A stretch of 28,376 nt of DNA from positions 1-28,376 of the forward strand of contig DASRJB010000026.1 of NCBI GenBank assembly GCA_035649715.1. Direction: 5' to 3'. This DNA is from Pirellulaceae bacterium (GTDB taxonomy: Bacteria; Planctomycetota; Planctomycetia; Pirellulales; Pirellulaceae). Below are positions 15,278 to 27,798 of the stretch, one piece after another. Both the position numbers and the translations under genes were made by a program. Under the pieces are notes generated by a model. That model did not search any database. It had not been told where the DNA came from and saw nothing but the letters and a program-made list of their open reading frames with translations. Numbering within the stretch: position 1 is the first letter of the stretch; the number at the start of each line of letters is the position of its first letter.

Positions 15278-16426
15278 CTAATGCTTTCTCTTCGGGGGCA
15301 AAAAGCCGATGCAGAAGCACACGAACATCAGCCCCCAGAACAGGATGAACTCCGGCCGCCGCCAGCTGTGGAAATTGAGCACGTGCGGAATGTGCAACAG
15401 CTTCTGCAGCTCGTTTTCCTTTGCGGGCGGCGGCTGAGCGGCGGGCACTCCTGGCGGGGGAGGCGGCGCTGGCTGCACGGGCTGCTCCGGGGCGGCCACG
15501 TGCTGCGCTTCGAGTCCCAGCGGCCACTTCGTTCGTAGCCAGTGTTCGTAGCTGTGCGCCCAGCCCTGCCGGCGCTTCTCGAAGTTCTCAAAGCTCTTTT
15601 TCCAGCCCCATTTTTCGAGCTGCTGGGCAACCACCTCCGGCCGATCGAAGCTCCAATCGGAATTGACGCCCCAATCGGCGAGCAGCTTCAGGCCGATCAC
15701 GATCACGAGCAGGTAGGCCGACAGCTCGAAGCGCGGGAACTTTTCCAGCAGCCAGATGAACCACTTGGCGGCGACTCGCATCAGCATCAGGCCGATGATG
15801 CCGCCAAAAATGACGACCCACAGCTTGGGGTGCAGCGCGTTGGGAGGATGGCCGCGGGGCGGTGCGCCGACCATGGCAATGGCGGCCAGGATCGAATCGA
15901 CCGCGAAGGCAATGTCGGTTAGCTCAATGACCAGCACCGTGGGCCAGAAGCTCGCCAGGCCGAATTGCTTGCGCCTCTCCGCCGACATATAGACCGGCAT
16001 GCGCCCTCGGATTTCGACTTCTTCCTGTTCGTCGGTCAGCGGCCCGCCGGTTCTTTCCTCGACCAGGACCGGATGGCCGTGCTCGTCGAGTTGGATCTTC
16101 TCATCGGCCTTTTCCTTGGACTCGAAGAACAAGTGGCGGACCGCGATATAGACGAGATAGGCCCCGCCCAGAAACTTGGCAAAGGTCCACTGCAGCAGCA
16201 GGCTGGCCAGCAGCACCGCCAGGAACCGGAAGACAAAAGCGCCGGCCAGGCCATACCACAGGGCCTTGCCCTGCTCGCTCTTGGGCAGCCGCTTGGCCAA
16301 GAGGCCCAGCACCAGGGCGTTATCGATCGAGAGCAGTCCCTCGAGCAGCACCAACAGGGCCACGACCGCGAGATCCGGCCAGCCCACCTGCTGGCCGAAT
16401 ATGTTGATAAATCCCAGGAGTAGCAT
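15278..16426 (-). CDS. TerC/Alx/YkoY family integral membrane protein with two long insertions
   Basis: LLEGLLSIDNALVL, FVFRFLA, LGGAYLVYIA, FWPTVLVIELTDIAFAVDSILAA. ATG 16426 preferred because the TTG at 16453 lies inside the metH terminator U-tract. Confidence 0.9.
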   Translation of the reverse strand: MLLLGFINIFGQQVGWPDLAVVALLVLLEGLLSIDNALVLGLLAKRLPKSEQGKALWYGLAGAFVFRFLAVLLASLLLQWTFAKFLGGAYLVYIAVRHLFFESKEKADEKIQLDEHGHPVLVEERTGGPLTDEQEEVEIRGRMPVYMSAERRKQFGLASFWPTVLVIELTDIAFAVDSILAAIAMVGAPPRGHPPNALHPKLWVVIFGGIIGLMLMRVAAKWFIWLLEKFPRFELSAYLLVIVIGLKLLADWGVNSDWSFDRPEVVAQQLEKWGWKKSFENFEKRRQGWAHSYEHWLRTKWPLGLEAQHVAAPEQPVQPAPPPPPGVPAAQPPPAKENELQKLLHIPHVLNFHSWRRPEFILFWGLMFVCFCIGFLPPKRKH

Positions 16427-16445
16427 CAGATTGGTGCGGCGGCGG

Positions 16446-16476
16446 ACAAACAAAAATGGGTGGCGGTTGCCACCCA
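16446..16476 (-). terminator. Intrinsic terminator downstream of metH
   Basis: Minus strand TGGGTGGC-AACC-GCCACCCA followed by TTTTTGTTTG. Confidence 0.8.
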
Positions 16477-16502
16477 GGACGCATTCATCTTAACCGTTGC
16501 GA

Positions 16503-19500
16503 CTACGGCTCATAGCCCAGGTTCGGGGCCAGCCAGCGCTCGGCTTCCGCGAGCGACATTCCTTTGCGGTGGGCGTAATCTTCGACCTGCTCGCGGGTGA
16601 TGCGGTCGACGGCGAAATAGCGGGCCTGCGGATGCGCGAAATAGAGTCCGCAGACGCTGGCGGCCGGCCACATGGCGTAGCTTTCGGTCAATTTGATGCC
16701 GGTGTGCTCTTCCGCGCCGAGCAAGTCGAACAGCGTTTTCTTCTCCGTATGGTCCGGTTGCGAGGGATAGCCTGGCGCGGGGCGAATGCCGCGGTACTGT
16801 TCGTCGATCAGCTCATCGTTCGAAAAGCGCTCGGCCAGGCCGTAACCCCAGTCGCGGCGAGCTCGCTGATGGAGCAATTCGGCAAATGCCTCCGCGAGCC
16901 GATCCGCCAACGCCTTGACGAGGATCGAATTGTCGATCTCGTGCCGCGCGTCGAACCGGGCGCACAGCTCGTCACACCCGACGCCCGTTGTGACCGCGAA
17001 CGCCCCGACGTAGTCCTGGCGACCGCTGCCGAGCGGCGCAACGTAATCGGCCAGCGCGCGAAAATCCTTCTGGCCTTGACGCTCCCATTGCTGCCGCAGG
17101 GTGTGCAATTTCAGATTTGGGATTGGGGATTTGGGATTTACTGGCTCCTGCACAACGATGTCGTCTCCGTCACTGTTCGCCGGCCAGAAGCCGTAGACGC
17201 CGTGGGCGGTCAGCAGCCGTTCGTCGATGATTCGGCGGAGCATCTGCTGGGCTTCCTCGAACAGGGCGCGGGCGTGCGGTCCGGCGGCGGGGTCGTCGAA
17301 AATCCGCGGGTACTTGCCCTTCATCTCGTAGGTCAGGAAGAACGGCGACCAGTCGATGCATTTGGCGATCTCGGCCAGCGGGAAATCGCGGAGCGTGCGG
17401 ATGCCTGTGAAGGCGGGCGTGGGGATATCGACCTCTTGCCAATCGGTCTGAAAACGCCGCGCGCGGGCCTGAGCCAGCGGGACGAGCTTTACGTCGCGTT
17501 GGCGGTACGACTCGGCCAGCTGCTGCTGCAGACTGCGGTTCTCGCGGTCGAGCTGCGGCTTGTGCTGCGGGCTGAGCAGCTTATCGACCACGCCCACGCA
17601 CCGCGAGGCGTCCAGCACGTGGACCGTCGGCTGCTCGTACTGCGGGGCGATCTTCACGGCCGTGTGCTTGGCGCTGGTCGTCGCCCCGCCGATCAAGAGC
17701 GGCAGGCACATTCGCCGCCGCTGCATTTCCTTGGCCACGTAAACCATCTCATCGAGGCTGGGCGTAATCAGGCCCGACAAGCCGACGATGTCCACGCCCT
17801 GCTGCGTCGCGGTGTCGAGAATCTTCTCGGTCGGCACCATCACGCCCAGGTCGATCACTTCGTAATTGTTGCAGCCGAGCACCACGCCGACGATATTTTT
17901 GCCGATGTCGTGGACATCGCCTTTGACCGTCGCCAGCAGCACCTTGCCGCGGGCCTTCTGGGCAGCGAGTCCGGCCGAGCGTTTTTCCTCTTCCATGAAG
18001 GGCAGCAAATAGCCGACCGCCTTCTTCATCACGCGGGCGCTCTTGACGACCTGCGGCAGGAACATCTTGCCGGCCCCGAACAGGTCGCCGACCACTTGCA
18101 TGCCGGCCATCAGCGGCCCTTCGATGATCGACAGGCAGCGGGGATATTGCTGGCGGGCTTCCTCCGTGTCTTGCTCGATGAACTTGTCGATTCCTTTGAT
18201 TAGTGCGTGCTTCAGCCGCTCCTCAACCGGCGCGTCGCGCCAGGCGAGGTCCTCGGTCGCGGCGGCCTTGCCCTTGCCTTTGACCCGCTCGGCGAGCTGC
18301 AACATTCGATCCGTCGCGTCGGGGCGGCGGTTGAGCAGCACGTCCTCGCAGTGGTTCAGCAGCTCTTTCGGAATCTCCTCGTACAGGGCGAGCTGGCCGG
18401 CGTTGACGATACCCATGTCCATGCCGGCGCGGATAGCGTGATACAGGAATGCCGAATGCATCGCCTCGCGGACCACATCGTTGCCGCGGAAGGAAAAGCT
18501 GATGTTGCTAACGCCGCCGCTGATCTTGCAGCCCGGGCAGCGCTCCTTGATCAGCCGCGTGGCCTCGATGAAGTTGACCGCGTAGTTGTTGTGCTCCTCG
18601 ATGCCGGTCGCGACCGTGAGGATATTCGGGTCGAAGATGATGTCTTCGGCCGGGAAGCCGACCTTGATGGTTAGGACCCGGAAGGCTCGCTCGCAAATCC
18701 GCACCTTGTCGGCAACCTCAACGGCCTGGCCGTTCTCGTCGAACGCCATTACGACCACCGCCGCACCGTAGCGGCGGACCAGTGCCGCCCGGCGAAGGAA
18801 CTCCTCCTCGCCGTCCTTGAGGCTGATCGAGTTGACGATGCCTTTGCCTTGCAGGCATTTCAGCCCGGCCTCGATGACGCTCCACTTCGAGCTGTCGATC
18901 ATCACCGGGACCTTTTGCACTTCGGGATCGCCCGCGATCAGCCGCAAGAAGCGGGTCATCGCCGCCTCGCCGTCGAGCAGGGCGTCGTCCATGTTGACGT
19001 CGATGATCGTGGCCCCGCCCGCGACCTGTTGCCGGGCGACCTCGACGGCTTCCTCGTATTTGCCGTCGCGGATCAGCCGGGCGAACGCCTTGCTGCCGGT
19101 GACGTTGGTCCGCTCCCCCACCATGATGAAGTTGCTGTCTGGCCGCTGCGTGAAGGGGAGCGTGCCCGAAAGCCGCAGCCACTGCGGCTGCTCGGCGGGC
19201 TCGTGGGGGCGCACGCGGCCGGCGACTTCCGCCAGGGCCGCGATGTGCTCGGGCGTGGTCCCGCAGCAGCCGCCGACGATATTCAGCCAGCGATTTTCGA
19301 TGAACTCGCCGACGAGGCGGGCCATCGCGGCGGGGCCCAGGTTGTATTGCCCGGTGACTTTGTCGGGCAGGCCCGCGTTGGGATAGCAGTGGACGCGGGC
19401 CGTCGCGACGTGCGACAGCTCCTCGATGTGCGGCCGCATCGTCTCCGGGCCGAGGGCGCAGTTCATGCCGACGGTCAATAGCGGCACGTGATTCACGGCG

Positions 19501-20231
19501 TTCCAAAAGGCCTCGACCACCTGGCCGGAGACAAACGTCCCGCCGCCGTCGCCGAACGTGCCCGACGCCATCACCGGCAGCCGCACGCCCCGCTCCTGAA
19601 AGCAGCGCTCAATGGCGAACAGGCAGGCCTTGAGGTTGAGCGTGTCGATGAACGTCTCGGGCAGCAGGATATCGACGCCGGCCTCAACGAGCGCCGCGAC
19701 TTGGTCGTAATACGAATCGACCATCTGGTCGAAGGTGATCGCCCGCCACGCCGGATCATCGACGCGTGTCGAGATGGCCATTTGCTTGGTCGTCGGGCCG
19801 ATCGAGCCGGCGACAAACCGCGGCCGCTCGGGCGTCCGCTCATTGAATTCGTCCACCGCCTGGCGGGCGCAGGCCACGGCAGCAAAGTTCAGCTCGCGGA
19901 CCATCTCGCGCGGAAAGCGGAACTCCTGGATGCCGACCAGGCTGGCCCCGAAGGTGTTGGTCTCGACGATGTCCGCCCCGGCCGCCAGGTATTCGCGGTG
20001 AATCTGCGTGATGTCGTCCGGCCGAGTCAGGCAGAGCAGATCCGAGAAATTGACGAGCTGGATGTCGGGATCGCCCTCGCAGTGGTCGCGAAATCGCTCG
20101 CCGCGCTTGGCGGCCTCGTCCAGCCCCAGCCGCATGATCATCGTCCCCATCGCACCGTCTAGGACGAGGATTCGCTCGGCAAGGAGCGCCTCGAGCTGTT
20201 CATAGGCTTTGGTGCGGACGGGTGCTGGCAT
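16503..20231 (-). CDS. metH: Cobalamin-dependent methionine synthase
   Basis: [19 protein letters not shown] (Zn), [21 protein letters not shown] (DxHxxG cobalamin motif), GIRPAPGYP activation domain. Start at ATG 20231; GTG 20264 is an alternative. Confidence 0.98.
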   Translation of the reverse strand: MPAPVRTKAYEQLEALLAERILVLDGAMGTMIMRLGLDEAAKRGERFRDHCEGDPDIQLVNFSDLLCLTRPDDITQIHREYLAAGADIVETNTFGASLVGIQEFRFPREMVRELNFAAVACARQAVDEFNERTPERPRFVAGSIGPTTKQMAISTRVDDPAWRAITFDQMVDSYYDQVAALVEAGVDILLPETFIDTLNLKACLFAIERCFQERGVRLPVMASGTFGDGGGTFVSGQVVEAFWNAVNHVPLLTVGMNCALGPETMRPHIEELSHVATARVHCYPNAGLPDKVTGQYNLGPAAMARLVGEFIENRWLNIVGGCCGTTPEHIAALAEVAGRVRPHEPAEQPQWLRLSGTLPFTQRPDSNFIMVGERTNVTGSKAFARLIRDGKYEEAVEVARQQVAGGATIIDVNMDDALLDGEAAMTRFLRLIAGDPEVQKVPVMIDSSKWSVIEAGLKCLQGKGIVNSISLKDGEEEFLRRAALVRRYGAAVVVMAFDENGQAVEVADKVRICERAFRVLTIKVGFPAEDIIFDPNILTVATGIEEHNNYAVNFIEATRLIKERCPGCKISGGVSNISFSFRGNDVVREAMHSAFLYHAIRAGMDMGIVNAGQLALYEEIPKELLNHCEDVLLNRRPDATDRMLQLAERVKGKGKAAATEDLAWRDAPVEERLKHALIKGIDKFIEQDTEEARQQYPRCLSIIEGPLMAGMQVVGDLFGAGKMFLPQVVKSARVMKKAVGYLLPFMEEEKRSAGLAAQKARGKVLLATVKGDVHDIGKNIVGVVLGCNNYEVIDLGVMVPTEKILDTATQQGVDIVGLSGLITPSLDEMVYVAKEMQRRRMCLPLLIGGATTSAKHTAVKIAPQYEQPTVHVLDASRCVGVVDKLLSPQHKPQLDRENRSLQQQLAESYRQRDVKLVPLAQARARRFQTDWQEVDIPTPAFTGIRTLRDFPLAEIAKCIDWSPFFLTYEMKGKYPRIFDDPAAGPHARALFEEAQQMLRRIIDERLLTAHGVYGFWPANSDGDDIVVQEPVNPKSPIPNLKLHTLRQQWERQGQKDFRALADYVAPLGSGRQDYVGAFAVTTGVGCDELCARFDARHEIDNSILVKALADRLAEAFAELLHQRARRDWGYGLAERFSNDELIDEQYRGIRPAPGYPSQPDHTEKKTLFDLLGAEEHTGIKLTESYAMWPAASVCGLYFAHPQARYFAVDRITREQVEDYAHRKGMSLAEAERWLAPNLGYEP
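17108..17140. repeat. Heptamer tandem repeat inside metH coding sequence
   Basis: ATTTCAG-ATTTGGG-ATTGGGG-ATTTGGG-ATTTA, read on the minus strand as [10 protein letters not shown]. Confidence 0.8.
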
Positions 20232-20398
20232 GCGAGGAAACGGGTATTTCAAGGGGAACCTCACATCATCTTACGCACGGCACGAGGCAACAAGGAGCGA
20301 TAACTCTCCCGAAGAGCGCCAATCCGCGATTGCAGCTAGGCAGCCAAGCATTTTCCATGCGCTTCCCGGCGGCCAAAGCGGCAAAGTTTGCCCAGTTC

Positions 20399-20426
20399 TC
20401 AAGATCAATACAACCCCTACCGATAA
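20399..20426 (+). promoter_or_regulatory. Possible sigma28 (FliA/SigD)-type promoter
   Basis: TCAAG (20399-20403), 15 bp, ACCGATAA (20419-20426), versus consensus TAAA/TCAAG...GCCGATAA. Lies 65 bp before ATG 20492. Confidence 0.4.
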
Positions 20427-20491
20427 AGGATTTGCGGCTTGGACCGCGCAGGCCAATTGCGCGCTGCCGCCGCAGGGAAAGGACGCGGGAC

Positions 20492-21778
20492 ATGAATCTG
20501 CTCAATGAACCCTCCACCGGTGAAGCGCGCCCTAGGCTGCCGGTGCTGTTTCACCTGCTCGACGTCAGCCGGCAGCGCCCTTCGCGTCCGCCAGCGGAGC
20601 CTTCGCTAGCGTCCCTGTCCGAAATGGCGGAGCCCGCTGCGGCAACGGCGGTCGCACCGCCGGCAGCTGACCTGTCGCTCGCGACCCCAGCGGTGCCCAT
20701 CGAGACCCCGACTATTTCCATTCCACCTGCCGCCCCGGAGGCGGCCGCCTCCAAATCGAGCGAGCCGGCCAAGTCCTCGCCGCCAACGCCGCGCTCCGAA
20801 GCCGAGCGGCGGCGCAAGGCCAAGAGGCCCACCACCGAAGAATGGTTCGCGGCCCACGGCAAGTACATCGCGCTAGTCTTCGTGCTGGCACTCGGTGCCA
20901 CGATCTATTTCGCCCGGGTCAACCGCCGGCCGCCGGCCGTGGAGGAGCCGCCCGACATGGCACTGAATATCGAGCCCGGCGACAGCGCCCGCTCGACCGC
21001 AAACAGCAAGCCCTCGACCACGCTCGTCGGCGACTCGGTGCCGAATCCGGCCACTTCCACTGGCAGCCCCGCAAAACTGATCGAGACCGCCTCGGCCAGC
21101 GCCCCACAAGCCGAACTCTTTCCACCCACAGAAACGCAGGTCGCCGCAAGGAATCCGTCCGCTGCCGCCCGGCCGGCCGCGAGCGACCTCTTTCCGGATA
21201 AGAAATCCGACTCGAGAGTTGCCGTGCAAGATCGCGGCCAAGACGCCCTCGCCAACAGCTCGCCGACAAATTCCGCCAGTCCGCTGGCGTCAGCCGCACC
21301 AGCCGCTCCTGCGACGGCATCTGCACCAGGTGCCGCACCGGCGGCTGCCACAGCGTCGGCGATGGAACCCTCCTACCCGCACACGGGCTTTCCGCCGACC
21401 GGGTTGCCCGCGGCCAGCTACCCCACCACCCATCCACCCGTAACGAACTACCCGCCCACGAACATTCCGGGCCACGCTGTGCCGGCCCCGCCCGCGATGC
21501 CCGCGCAGCCGCCAGCGTGGTCGCACTCCCCGTATCAACCGTCGCCATACTCGCCTACCCAGTTCCAGCCACCGCAATCACCGACGCAATTCCAGCCGCC
21601 GCAATCGCCGACGCAATTCCAGCCGGCTCAGCGTCCGCCCTTAGGCTACCAACCGGTTTCGCCGGCCCCCGGCGGCAGCTTCGCCCCGCCCGGTGGCGCG
21701 ATCCCGCCGCAGTACCAGCCTCCATTCAACTCCGTCCCCGGAACTCGCTATGAGCGCTCTGGACCAGGCCTTTATTAA
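20492..21778 (+). CDS. Pro/Ala/Ser-rich bitopic membrane protein, largely low-complexity
   Basis: AAAGGA RBS before ATG 20492. Basic RRRKAKR patch, then TM KYIALVFVLALGATIYF and a long P/Q/Y-rich C-terminal tail. Confidence 0.8.
   Translation: MNLLNEPSTGEARPRLPVLFHLLDVSRQRPSRPPAEPSLASLSEMAEPAAATAVAPPAADLSLATPAVPIETPTISIPPAAPEAAASKSSEPAKSSPPTPRSEAERRRKAKRPTTEEWFAAHGKYIALVFVLALGATIYFARVNRRPPAVEEPPDMALNIEPGDSARSTANSKPSTTLVGDSVPNPATSTGSPAKLIETASASAPQAELFPPTETQVAARNPSAAARPAASDLFPDKKSDSRVAVQDRGQDALANSSPTNSASPLASAAPAAPATASAPGAAPAAATASAMEPSYPHTGFPPTGLPAASYPTTHPPVTNYPPTNIPGHAVPAPPAMPAQPPAWSHSPYQPSPYSPTQFQPPQSPTQFQPPQSPTQFQPAQRPPLGYQPVSPAPGGSFAPPGGAIPPQYQPPFNSVPGTRYERSGPGLY
21551..21631 (+). repeat. 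Three copies of a 27-nt in-frame repeat (SPTQFQPPQ)
   Basis: tcgcctacccagttccagccaccgcaa / tcaccgacgcaattccagccgccgcaa / tcgccgacgcaattccagccggctcag. Confidence 0.9.
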
Positions 21779-23441
21779 GGCTTATGCCAAAGATCAGCCG
21801 GCCGATCGGGCGGCAGCCGTAGCGAGCCGAGGTGCGCCGCCGCGGGCGGTCGCCGGCGCGCGGGTTGCGGCAGGCGCGATCGAACAGGTCTACCGCGACG
21901 GCTCGCTCTACCGCGTGGACTTGCCCGCGCGGATCTCGCCGTCCGCTGCGGCGATTCCTCAGCCGCACGTCAAACTGTTGCCGCCGACCTCGCCGCGACG
22001 CAGCGTCCAGCGGTCGCTGCTCAGGCTGCTGGCCAATCAACCCGTGCCGCCGCCGGCAGATGCCGAGCTTCCGCCGAAGGTTGCGCGGAAGGTCATCATC
22101 CGGCACATTGCCCATTCGATTGCACCGGCGCCGCTGGGCCTGCTGCGCCCCGAGGTCGGTGAGCCGCTTACGCTGGCAGAAGTCGATGAATTGCCGCCGG
22201 AGACGATCATCGAGTGGCCGCCCGCGCCGGCTGTTGCGCCGCCACCCGCGCCAATTGCCGCCCCCCAGACGGCGCCGCTCAACGAGGCGCACGCGATTCC
22301 CCAACTTGTTGAGGAACGGCCGATCGCCGTTCACGGTCAGTGGGCGTTGGCTGAATCGGCGGCGGGGCTGGTCGTAGTGGCCGAGCCGGCGGAATTCGAC
22401 GAGGCCGGGTCGGACGGCCTGGTAGCCGTGCGACTCGAATCGCTCACGCTCCCCGAGCCGCCGGCTGCTGAACCGTTTGCAGAGGAATCGTTGGTCGAGG
22501 CAGCGGATTTCGAACTTCACGAGGCGGAGCGTACGCGGTTTGCGGGCAAGTCGCTGGACGATGCCGATAACGGCGAGCCGGCCTTCCGGGTCGATCCGCC
22601 GCATGCGGCATCCATTCATCGGCCGCACGCTCGTTTCACGGCCGAGCCGCAGCCAGTGGACGAGTTGACGCTGGCCGAAACGCCGCCGGAGCCGCAGACG
22701 CAAGCTGAGGCAGCTGCGCCCGTAGAGTCGCCAGCGGCCGAGCCCGCCAGCGCTACGTCGGTCGCGCCGCTGTGGGAAGTCGATCGGTTTCACTGGCCGA
22801 AGACCTGCGAGAAACTGCTGTCGGCCGAGGGAAGCTATTTCGTCCACGCCGGCGCAAAGCTCGTGGCCGCAGTCAAGGACGGCCTGCGCGTGCTGGCGAT
22901 CACCGGCACGCGGCGGGGCGAAGGCCGAACGACGCTGGCGCTCTGCCTGGCCCGCGTCGCCGCCCAGGCAGGCGTGCAGGCGGCGATCATGGACGCGGAC
23001 TTTGCCCGGCCGCAATTGGCCAGCAAGATCGGCCTCGCCATCGCTCACGGCTGGCAGGACGCGGCCCTAGGGAAGATTCCGCTCAGTGAAGCCGCCGTGA
23101 AGTCGCTGGCCGATCAGGTCACCGCGCTGCCGCTGGAGGCGGCCGGCGCGGCTTCGCGATTGTCGCTGGCCGATCCGCGGGTGACCGCGACGATCCGGGC
23201 CGCCGCCGCGACGTTCGAGCTGCTGATTCTCGATTTGGGTCCCGTCGGTCCGGGTGAGGAAGTTGCTTTTCCGCCTGGCGAGAAGTGCCCGCTGGATGCG
23301 GCGATCGTCGTCCGCGACATGCGGTTTGCCACGCTCGCGGAGAGCGAGGCCATCGGTCACGGCCTTAGCGACGCCGGCGTCGAGGCGGTCGGCATCGCGG
23401 AGAATTTCGTGGTGGAAGAGGAACCGCAATACTCATCGTGA
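21750..23441 (+). CDS. CpsD/CapB (BY-kinase)/MinD-like P-loop protein with long disordered N-terminal region
   Basis: Starts MSALDQAFIKAYAK. C-terminal domain LAITGTRRGEGRTTLALCLA, IMDADFARPQL, FELLILDLGP. Confidence 0.75.
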   Translation: MSALDQAFIKAYAKDQPADRAAAVASRGAPPRAVAGARVAAGAIEQVYRDGSLYRVDLPARISPSAAAIPQPHVKLLPPTSPRRSVQRSLLRLLANQPVPPPADAELPPKVARKVIIRHIAHSIAPAPLGLLRPEVGEPLTLAEVDELPPETIIEWPPAPAVAPPPAPIAAPQTAPLNEAHAIPQLVEERPIAVHGQWALAESAAGLVVVAEPAEFDEAGSDGLVAVRLESLTLPEPPAAEPFAEESLVEAADFELHEAERTRFAGKSLDDADNGEPAFRVDPPHAASIHRPHARFTAEPQPVDELTLAETPPEPQTQAEAAAPVESPAAEPASATSVAPLWEVDRFHWPKTCEKLLSAEGSYFVHAGAKLVAAVKDGLRVLAITGTRRGEGRTTLALCLARVAAQAGVQAAIMDADFARPQLASKIGLAIAHGWQDAALGKIPLSEAAVKSLADQVTALPLEAAGAASRLSLADPRVTATIRAAAATFELLILDLGPVGPGEEVAFPPGEKCPLDAAIVVRDMRFATLAESEAIGHGLSDAGVEAVGIAENFVVEEEPQYSS

Positions 23442-23469
23442 TTGCTCGCGATGCAGTCCGCCCCGAGCT

Positions 23470-24294
23470 ATGTACGAAGCCTACTGGCAACTCGACGCGC
23501 GGCCATTCGAGCATACGCTCGACGAGCGTTTCCATTTTGCCGCCGAGTCGCAGCAGGGAGCGGTCCTCAAGCTGCGGTACGTTCTGGAGAACCGCCGCGG
23601 GGCGGCGCTCTTAGCCGGCGAATCGGGCCTGGGCAAGACGCTGGTGGCCCAGTCGCTCCTGGCGCAGCTCAGCCCCGCTCACCAGCCGCGATTGCATATC
23701 GTTTATCCGCAAATGCCGGCCGAGCAATTGCTCGCCTATCTGGCCGATCAACTGACGGGGCAAACCGCGCCTCTGGCGGCTGGTGTTGACCAGTGCGTGC
23801 TGCGAATCGAGCAAGCCCTTCGCGGCGGCGCTACGGAGGGCCGGCACGCCGTCATCGTCATCGACGAGGCTCACCTGCTCCGCCAGACGCAAGCCCTCGA
23901 GTCGATCCGCCTGCTCACGAACTTCCAGCACGAGGGGCGGCCGCTGGCGACGTTTCTGCTGGTCGGCCAGACGGGCCTGGCCGTCGCCACGGAGCGCTGG
24001 CCGCAGCTCGACGAGCGGCTGGCCGTCAAGTGCATTCTCACACGGCTTTCGGCGGCCGAGACGCGGGGCTACATCGAGCACCGCCTGTCGGCCGCCGGCG
24101 CGAAGCGACCGATCTTTAGCGAAACCGCCTTCGCCACGATTCACGAACTGACGCAGGGCATTCCGCGGCGCATTAACCGGCTCTGCGACCTGGCGCTGCT
24201 CGTGGGGTACGGCGAGGAGCTGTCGATCCTCCAGCCGGAGCACCTGGAGTCGATCCACGAAGAGCTGATCGGCCGGGCGGCGACAGCGGCGTAG
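23470..24294 (+). CDS. ExeA/GspA-family AAA ATPase
   Basis: MYEAYWQLDARPF, Walker A GESGLGKT, Walker B VIVIDEAH, FLLVGQ, YIEHRL, GIPRRINRLCDLALL. Confidence 0.92.
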   Translation: MYEAYWQLDARPFEHTLDERFHFAAESQQGAVLKLRYVLENRRGAALLAGESGLGKTLVAQSLLAQLSPAHQPRLHIVYPQMPAEQLLAYLADQLTGQTAPLAAGVDQCVLRIEQALRGGATEGRHAVIVIDEAHLLRQTQALESIRLLTNFQHEGRPLATFLLVGQTGLAVATERWPQLDERLAVKCILTRLSAAETRGYIEHRLSAAGAKRPIFSETAFATIHELTQGIPRRINRLCDLALLVGYGEELSILQPEHLESIHEELIGRAATAA

Positions 24295-24318
24295 GGCAGC
24301 CCCGTTGCCCATGGATGC

Positions 24319-27795
<3,477 letters not shown>

Positions 27796-27798
<3 letters not shown>

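Noticed and set aside
14923-15348. ORFs 14923-15210 (-) and 14929-15348 (+), and a 33-aa sub-ORF starting MEVRSAH, in the ncRNA gap
   Set aside because: No RBS or motifs, and they cross the promoter, operators and terminator. A small peptide cannot be fully excluded without ribosome profiling.
20232-20400. SAM, SAH or cobalamin riboswitch upstream of metH
   Set aside because: No recognisable aptamer core by eye. A cmsearch would settle it.
20222-20491. Upstream extensions of several ORFs in the track (758, 1405, 2839, 14768, 16453, 20222, 21693, 23254)
   Set aside because: They overlap neighbouring genes or regulatory sites. Downstream starts fit RBS, ATGA coupling or family N-termini better.
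21360-21778. Tyr-rich tail of the bitopic protein as trans phospho-acceptor for the neighbouring BY-kinase-like protein
   Set aside because: Positive-inside topology places the tail in the periplasm, and the kinase lacks the catalytic Lys.
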